Assembly (NCBI GenBank): GCA_951406725.2
Contig: OX597821.1
Coordinates: forward strand, 69,378,001-69,442,000
Direction: 5' to 3'
DNA length: 64,000 bases
Source of the DNA: Octopus vulgaris
Taxonomy: Eukaryota
The position numbers and the translations under genes are program-made. Numbering within the stretch: position 1 is the stretch's first letter; each line of letters opens with the position of its first letter. The notes below the pieces were generated by a model. The model saw only the letters and a program-made list of their open reading frames with translations, ran no database searches and had not been told where the DNA came from. Shown piece by piece: positions 56,679 through 64,000 of the stretch.

Positions 56679-58302
56679 CAGTTGCGGCCAAAATGTTCAG
56701 AACGACATTGTTTTCGTCATAAAAGTAAGTATAAGTTTTTATCAAAGTTGTTTTATATTCTATAATTTTTACAGAAAATAAATACAATATTAATTGTTAT
56801 TGTCTGAGATTTTGGTGTAATTTGAGAGGATAATACAAAAGGTATGGATGATTTAGTGATTTACTGCAAAACCCATGGCGGCCAAAATGATCAGAACGGT
56901 TGAAAAAATAACAAAATAATCAAAAATGACAGAGAATACTGGAATTATTTAATATTTAGTGTGCAGCCCTTTAGCTTCAATCACACTCTGACATCTTCGA
57001 CTGCATGAGGAAATTAAATTTTCAATTTCTTGCTGGGTGATCTTATTCCATTCTTCCTGAAGGGCATTCCATAATTGCTCAGTTGTTTTAGGATTTCTGG
57101 CTTTCGAACGTTCTCCAAGAATATTCCATACATTTTCAATAGGATTGAGATCTGGGCTTTGAACAGGCCAATCCATAACATCAACCTTTTCAGCCTTGAG
57201 GAAGTTCATGACCACCTTAGCCTTGTGACATGGGGCATTGTCCTGCATGAATATGGGTGGTCGTTTAGTTGAATTTCTCAGCACAGGCAAGACATGATCT
57301 TTTACAAGTTGTTTATAAACTCCTGCATTTACCTTTCCCTGTAATCGCACCAAAGGGCCTACACCATCTCCAGATATCATCCCCCAAACCATGACACTTC
57401 CTCCACCGAATTTAACACTAGTCTTAAGGCATTTAGGCGACAATTTTTCACCTACTTTTCTACGGACGTACCTTTTCCCATCTGAGCCAAATAACATAAA
57501 CTTCGATTCATCACTGAAATGCACCGTTTGCCATTTTTCTTGAGACCACAACACATGTTCGGTTTCAAAGGTAAGACGACACTTTTTATTCTTGGAGCTG
57601 ATCAGTGGCTTCACTGCAGGTGCTCTTGCTTGTAGGTCATGTTCAACTAAACGACGAGACACAGTTTTTCGAGATAAAGTTTTCTTCAATACAATGCTCA
57701 TTTTCCGAGAAACAGCAGCAGCAGTTTTAAATCTGTCCTTTTTAACCAACTTTACCATAGCACGATCTTCTCTCTTGGTCGTTTTTCTTGGCCTACCTGT
57801 AAACTCTCTTGCTTCACACGAACCACAATCATCGTAGACCTTAAGAATACCGTGTACAACACTTTTTGACTTGTTAACAATTTTTGCAGTAGATCCAATA
57901 CTTAAATTATCCTTCCTTCGAAGCTTAATAATCTGCTGACGAATTGGTAACGGAGTAAGTGGCATTATATTAACAAAGTACACTGCAAATATTCTTACTA
58001 ATGTTTAGTAAACGAACCGTCACGTAAACAAATTCAAAACATTATCGCCAGTTAAATATACTAAAACACGGAGTAAAAGCAACCGTTCTGATCATTTTGG
58101 CCGCCATGGGTTTGCAGTAAATCACTAAATCATCCATAACTTTTGTATTATCCTCTCAAATTACACCAAAATCTCAGGCAATAACAAATAATATCGTATT
58201 TATTGTCTGTGAAAATTATAGAATATAAAACAACTTTGATAAAAAAGTATATCTACGTTTCTGACGAAACCAATGCCGTTCTGAACATTTTGGCCGCCAC
58301 TG
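56679..58302 (-). mobile_element. Complete Tc1-family transposon, IR/DR type, 1624 bp
   Basis: TA TSD (56677-56678, 58303-58304); CAGT...ACTG ends; ~223-bp TIRs (56679-56902, 58080-58302), each with outer and inner GCGGCCAAAATG(T/A)TCAGAACG direct repeats. Confidence 0.96.
56949..57965 (-). CDS. Tc1-like DD34E transposase, uninterrupted ORF (338 aa from the first ATG)
   Basis: HTH-like N-terminus, GRPRK motif, FSDESKF, MVWG, QDNAPCH, SPDLNPIENVW; 34 residues between the second D and E. Confidence 0.93.
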   Translation of the reverse strand: MPLTPLPIRQQIIKLRRKDNLSIGSTAKIVNKSKSVVHGILKVYDDCGSCEAREFTGRPRKTTKREDRAMVKLVKKDRFKTAAAVSRKMSIVLKKTLSRKTVSRRLVEHDLQARAPAVKPLISSKNKKCRLTFETEHVLWSQEKWQTVHFSDESKFMLFGSDGKRYVRRKVGEKLSPKCLKTSVKFGGGSVMVWGMISGDGVGPLVRLQGKVNAGVYKQLVKDHVLPVLRNSTKRPPIFMQDNAPCHKAKVVMNFLKAEKVDVMDWPVQSPDLNPIENVWNILGERSKARNPKTTEQLWNALQEEWNKITQQEIENLISSCSRRCQSVIEAKGLHTKY

Positions 58303-59084
58303 TATATTCCCTTCGATAAAAAATAAAGAAGCGTTTGTCGGCAATTCTAACTGATTTGGGGTGAGAAGTGAAGACAACCTTAAGTAATTCCGGAGAATTG
58401 TTATTTACGTGTAGAATTTTTTTTTGTTCCTAAGGACAATCACTCAGAACGGTCACTCTGAGGTGTTTCTTTTTGCTCAGTTTCGTTTTTAATACTATAT
58501 ACATAAATATAACCTAAGCGTAAATATATATTTAAAAATTAACTATTTGATTTGGTCCTTAGTCATCAGAAAATATTTTGACAAAGATTGGCATAACAGA
58601 CTCAGCATCAAATTAAAGGCCAATTAGAATACCTGAAATTTTCGGAAATACCTGCTGAGCTATTTTACCAAACAGGTGTGTTGGCTTTGGTTCGCTGATA
58701 AGCTCCGATCTAACCATTAAGACTGAACATGTCTGTTCCTGTCGCCGTTACTGCCAACAAAAATTAGATTTTCCATTAGGCATGAGAATTGTTTTCTAAA
58801 TTATTAAAGCATCAAAATTATCTTCCTTCTTCATTGTAAGTCTCTTATAGATAACAAGTAGGTTGTTATTTTCGTCCACAAATTAAGCGAAAATTTTCTA
58901 TTAATTAATTAATAATTCCCTGCTAATGTCATTCAGTACATCCTTGTATACTTGATTTATCTCAGTTCAAGCCGTTGGTATATTTAAGTTATTTCCCTTT
59001 CCTCAATTTCGAATTTTTATTATATAAATTATTTCTCGCCGAAACATATTTTATGAATATAGACTTTCCTAACTTGTTTAGTGT

Positions 59085-59480
59085 GAATTTACAAAAACAA
59101 AAGACGAAGACGGGTATGTAAACAACAAACAGATATATTAGCTTAACGATCGGGAAGTGAAAAAGTCTTTCACGTTTGAGCTACGCTCTTCGGTAGAAAG
59201 GAACACAGAAAAAAAAAAACAGGGAGAAAAAATAGGAAAGCTTTATATATATATATATGTATATAAAGTTAATCCAAACATGAAAACACAAAGAGAAAAT
59301 GCAACTACGCGAGGACGTGGAACAAGTATAGTGTTATTGGACGCTCAGGAAAGGAAAGAAAGAAGGGGGATCTAACGTTTCGAGCGGAACTCTTCGTCAG
59401 AAACATAGGAAAAGGACCAAGGAAGGGGTGATGGAGGAAAAAAAAATCGCCAACGATACAGACGCGGTCACATATTGAAT
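59085..59480 (-). mobile_element. Two Penelope pLTR-like short repeats separated by (TA)n
   Basis: 59085-59225 is the reverse complement of the 49990-50126 family; 59255-59480 carries a minimal hammerhead. Confidence 0.6.
59370..59404 (-). ncRNA. Minimal type I hammerhead (Penelope type)
   Basis: Minus strand GTTT-CTGACGA-A-GAGT(TCC)GCTC-GAAA-CG-TT/AGAT; stem III reduced to palindromic ACGT. Confidence 0.65.
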
Positions 59481-59482
59481 GA

Positions 59483-59541
<59 letters not shown>

Positions 59542-60397
59542 CATATACAATGCACTGCTTTATTTTGAGTTTGCTAGTGTTAACAATAGTCGCAAATAAA
59601 ATACAGACACACATACAATAGAAACACATTCTCCCTTCCTCTCTCTCTCTCTCTCTTTCACATTCTCCCTCTCGTTCTCGCTCTCTCTCTTCCCTCTCAC
59701 ACAACTCCTGATAATTCACCTAGGTGAGGTATCTGATGTTGAAAGAGCCGAAACATCTTATGATCCCAGGATGTGTCCTGGTGTATTATTGGATGATATA
59801 TTGAAAAATACGTACAAACTTGATTTCTCTGAATCTATGCTATACCTGAGTTAGTTATAGTTTATTTCGAGGCCTGCTGAAGTCATATTCCTTATACAAG
59901 GCCCAATTCTAGTAGTGCTTCTACTCTCTAATTTCATAAATCATTTTATGAAAGCCTGTGAACGTAGCTGTACCTAACCTTAATGTTCTCCGCTGCTAGC
60001 ATGAAGAAGAGAAGCATGTGAAGAATACAAAAACAGGTTACAAACACACACACGTATTATGACAACAACTTCTAAGTTTCACCTAAAAGGGTTTTTCAAA
60101 CTATAGCGACATATAAATATGACAAACAGGCATTCTTTCCTCACATTTTCATTCACATATTTGCATTTCAAAAATTTAACATAATCTTTTCCATAAATCA
60201 ACTATCGTGGAAATTTTATACGATGGCCTCACATTTGACCTCTATGTATGTCTGTCTACCTTAAAGGACGTCAATCATCACGACACACACATTCACTCAC
60301 TCACTCACTCACTCACTCTCTCTCTCTCACTCTCTTTCTCTCTCACATACTCATGCGCAAGCACGCACGCCTGCGCACGCGCACACACACATTCACA

Positions 60398-60464
<67 letters not shown>

Positions 60465-60860
60465 ACACACACACTCACATACGTCCATTTCATATATCTT
60501 TCAATTTCTGCTCTCTGCAAATAAAAGTTTTTACGGATACAACTGCTTACAAAAATAGGGATTAATGTATAATTTCTTTCTATGTTCATAATTAAATCAA
60601 TGTTCTAATGATTAGGCAAAGGTCCAATAGAATAGCTCCCAGAAACAGACTACGTACAAATTCGTTCTTCACAACTGAAGCTATTTTCTGACAAGGGTGG
60701 GGGAGTCAGGAAATCTTCATACAGCTGGAGGCTCCAATCGAAACAGGGGACCCGAAATGATAAGGTTGAGAAACGCTGTTATAGATTATGCCTAACCGAA
60801 AACGATCACACCCACATCATCTAAACAGACCGGGTGAAACCGGGCTTAGCTGCTAAGACA

Positions 60861-60932
<72 letters not shown>

Positions 60933-61175
60933 ACACACACACACACACACATATATATATGTACTTATCGCACGTGTGTCTACGTATAATTCTCTCGTTG
61001 GTGATGTCCTGTACTTGATGTATTATATATATATATATATATACGTATGTATGTATGTATATATATATGTATGTATACGTATGTAAATATATATATATAT
61101 GTATATGTATGTATATACATATATATTCACGAACATATATATATATATATATATATATACATACATATATATATG

Positions 61176-61248
<73 letters not shown>

Positions 61249-61277
61249 GGTTTAAGTAATTGAGATTCGTTTCCCTC

Positions 61278-61466
61278 CTTGTTTTTTTTTCTGTGTATCT
61301 TTCTGTCGAAGAGCGTAGGCTCGAAACGTAAAAAACTTGTTCAATTTCTATTCCTGAGCGCCATACAAATGTATTAGTATGGCGCTCAGGAATAGAAATT
61401 GAACAAGTCTTTTACGTTTCGAGCCTACGCTTTTCGACAGAAAGATACACAGAAAAAAAAAACAAG
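61278..61466. repeat. Foldback (~89-bp arms, 10-nt loop) of the pLTR-like repeat, a variant hammerhead in each arm
   Basis: Arms 61278-61366 and 61377-61466, near-perfect; an outer inverted pair 60961-61024 / 61542-61605 brackets it. Confidence 0.88.
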
Positions 61467-62150
61467 AAGAGAAAAAAATGCGTGTAGGAGCTAACGATCT
61501 ATCATGGCGTTCTGACCATATATATATATATATATATATGAAATACATCAAGTACAGGACATCATCAACGAGAGAAAAATACGAAGACACACGAGTGATA
61601 AGTACATATAATATATAAGTACACACACAATACAAGTACACTCGACCCCCTTTCTCTCTCACACACCCTCTCTCACGTTCTCGCCCTCTCTCTTCCCTCT
61701 CACACACAGTTCTTCAAACCCTTTATTACGTTTTTGTGTCTCTCATCTTTCTGTTAGTTATCGCGGTCACCTCACACAGTCAATCTCTTCTTATACTCGC
61801 TTACACATATACGATCATGCCGAGCATTCTAGATAGACAGTTGTTACCTAGCAACTCGCTCTTCCTATTCCACCACGCACACTCATTTACAAACACAGAC
61901 GCACAGAACATAAGCATTTTCATTCATAGATACATTCATAAACTTATTTATACGTTCATGTACAAAAATATAATATACACGTATATGCGTGCACACATTC
62001 ATACTAAGTCACGCACACACACGTTTATATTCAAATATGAACCAGAAGTAGCTTGCGGTATATAAACAAAATCGAGCACACACACATAAGGTAAGTGTGT
62101 GTAATTAATTCGTGGGTCGGCTGCATTTTTTTTTAAGGCTTAAGAGATTA

Positions 62151-62534
62151 CTAGCGGTATCGCCCGGCGTTGCTCAGGTTTGTAAGGGAAATAACTATAA
62201 TGCATTTTTAGAGAGTTATAGCCAAAAAATAGCAAAAAAATGGAAAAAAATGATGGTAAATTTTTTTTTGAGATTTAAAAAGGTGGAGTTGTGTCCCCTA
62301 GACAGTTTGTGGTTCGTGTTTCTGATTCTCGACCCCATGTCGAATTTATCGATTTTTTTCAGAACTGGGGGAACTTTTCAAAATTTTCGCTGCGTTAGTT
62401 TTGAATTATGACATTGGGCTATGTGTGTGTCAAGTTTCATCAGAATCGGTTGAAAGCCGTGGTCAGGGTGAGGGTACAAGCAAACAGACACACAGAAACA
62501 CGCACAGACAAACTGCCGTTTATATATAGAGAGA
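62151..62534 (-). mobile_element. Non-autonomous Helitron (384 bp)
   Basis: Minus strand A|TCTCTCTATATATAAACGGC ... CCTGAGCAACGCCGGG hairpin ... CGCTAG|T: 5' TC, 3' hairpin + CTAG, inserted between A and T, no TSD. Confidence 0.85.
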
Positions 62535-62963
62535 TATTCTCAATGCACCTGGTGTTAAAATCATCTGAGACTAAGTCCTATGCAAGCCAGACAACTCACT
62601 CTAGGTCCCTTTTTGGAGTGACAGACATCGACATTTCGTCAATGTAGTGACCCTTGAATGCCGGGTACCGAACAAGGCCTACTGCTACTCATTTCACCGA
62701 TTATGACCATATGCTAAATGGTTTGAAAACCAACGTTTCATGCCACGGAAAAAAAAATTCAAATATCAATTAGAAGCATCTCGAAGTAATATGAGCAAAA
62801 TTGAACCAACATAATTAAGATGTGGGTATTGTTTGTTCGTTGGTCGGCTACGTTTTGCTTTTTAGCCGTAAGAGAATATAATCTCAACGCGCCTGGTGTT
62901 AAAACACCTGAAAGTAAATCATGTGTGTGTGTGAGTGTGTGTATGTGTGATTAAAGGATAAAT

Positions 62964-63348
62964 TGGAAGTACTCCGTCGGTTACGACGATGAGGGTTCCG
63001 GTTGATCCGAATCAACGGAACAGCCTGCTCGTGAAATTGAAGTGTAAGTGGCTGAGCACTCCACAGACACGTGTACCCTTAACGTAGTTCTCGGGGATAT
63101 TCAGCGTGACACAGAGAGTGACAAGGCCGGCCCTTTGAAATACAGGTACAACAGAAACAGGAAGTAAGAGTGAGAGAAAGTTGTGGTGAAAGAGTACAGC
63201 AGGGATCACCACCATCCCCTGCCGGAGCCTCGTGGAGCTTTAGGTGTTTTCGCTCAATAAACACTCACAACGCCCGGTCTGGGAATCGAAACCGCGATCC
63301 TATGACCGCGAGTCCGCTGCCCTAACCACTGGGCCATTGCGCCTCCAC
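62964..63348 (-). mobile_element. tRNA-derived SINE family 3 (octopus OR-like), full length with TSD
   Basis: Head TGGCCCAGTGGTTAGGGCAGCGGACTCGCG...GGTTTCGATTCCC; 12-bp TSD TAAAGGATAAAT at 62952-62963 and 63349-63360. Confidence 0.88.
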
Positions 63349-64000
63349 TAAAGGATAAATACCCTCTATTTGATATAACTAGGCAATAAATACATTTTCC
63401 TATGAAATGGGTGCATCGATAAATAATCAAAGTTATTGATCTTTTGCCCGAAAACTTGGCCCCTTTTCCGTATAGATTTTATTAATTCCAGTGATTGCAC
63501 TGCGGTATATATGTGTATGCGTGTGCATGTGCTTGTGTATGTGTGAATATGTGACTGGATGTGTATCTATGTATATGCGTGTGTGTTCCACAGAACTTGA
63601 CATCTGGTACTAGTTTGTTTACGTCACCGTAACTTAACGGTTCGACAAAAGAGTCCGCTACGATAAGTACCAAGCTTGAAATGTAAGTAATGGGCTAGAT
63701 TTGTTCGGGAAAATCCCTTAAGATCGTGCTCCAGCACGGCCGCACTTATATGACTGGAAAAAAAAAAAGAATATATTTAAAATGTTTGATCATTATTAGT
63801 TGAGAACTATTAGAGAGAGTGTCAAGCTATCAATCAAGACTTCCAGGTGAGGTGATGAGGTCAGTTGGTGACTTGCTGGTCTATATTTCGTTCACTAAAC
63901 TGCCAACTGTCATAGAGCTGCCTTAGAACACATTGCTAGCTAAATGAGTAACAATATCCTCCTCCTCTTCCTCCTCCTCCTCTTCTTCATCATCATCATC

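Noticed and set aside
60825-60856. Helitron 3' hairpin CCGGGTGAAACCGGG..CTGCTAAG
   Set aside because: Terminal CTAG is imperfect and no matching 5' TC end could be located.
63270-63348. tRNA gene
   Set aside because: tRNA-like head of a SINE with body and TSD, partial copy at 20480; no proper acceptor stem.

Overview
AT-rich, microsatellite-dense eukaryotic genomic DNA; the SINE families and repeat landscape suggest an octopus or other coleoid cephalopod (inference). The only host gene I can support is the 3' end of an Abl-family tyrosine kinase on the + strand: three exons at 3917-4006, 5575-5694 and 8307-10558, covering the end of the kinase C-lobe, a PxxP/NLS region and the F-actin-binding C-terminus. 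The remaining ~50 kb is transposon-derived. It contains several tRNA-derived SINE families, piggyBac-type MITEs, Helitron remnants, mariner relics, an intact IR/DR Tc1 element nested in an old mariner, a Dong/R4 LINE inserted in (TAA)n, L1-, CR1-, RTE- and Vingi-like fragments, and a decayed Penelope-like element. The most notable signal is a set of small non-coding elements that each carry a type I hammerhead ribozyme fold with a minimal, mostly palindromic stem III: tandem arrays of 560-, 453- and 498-bp units, a 479-bp element with inverted ends, and shorter copies. They sit in or next to (TA)n or (GATA)n tracts, several share a CCCT-ending tail motif, and several have inverted tail copies. 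This is consistent with a diverse retrozyme-like system mobilised by Penelope-like elements. All RNA folds were read by eye and are untested.
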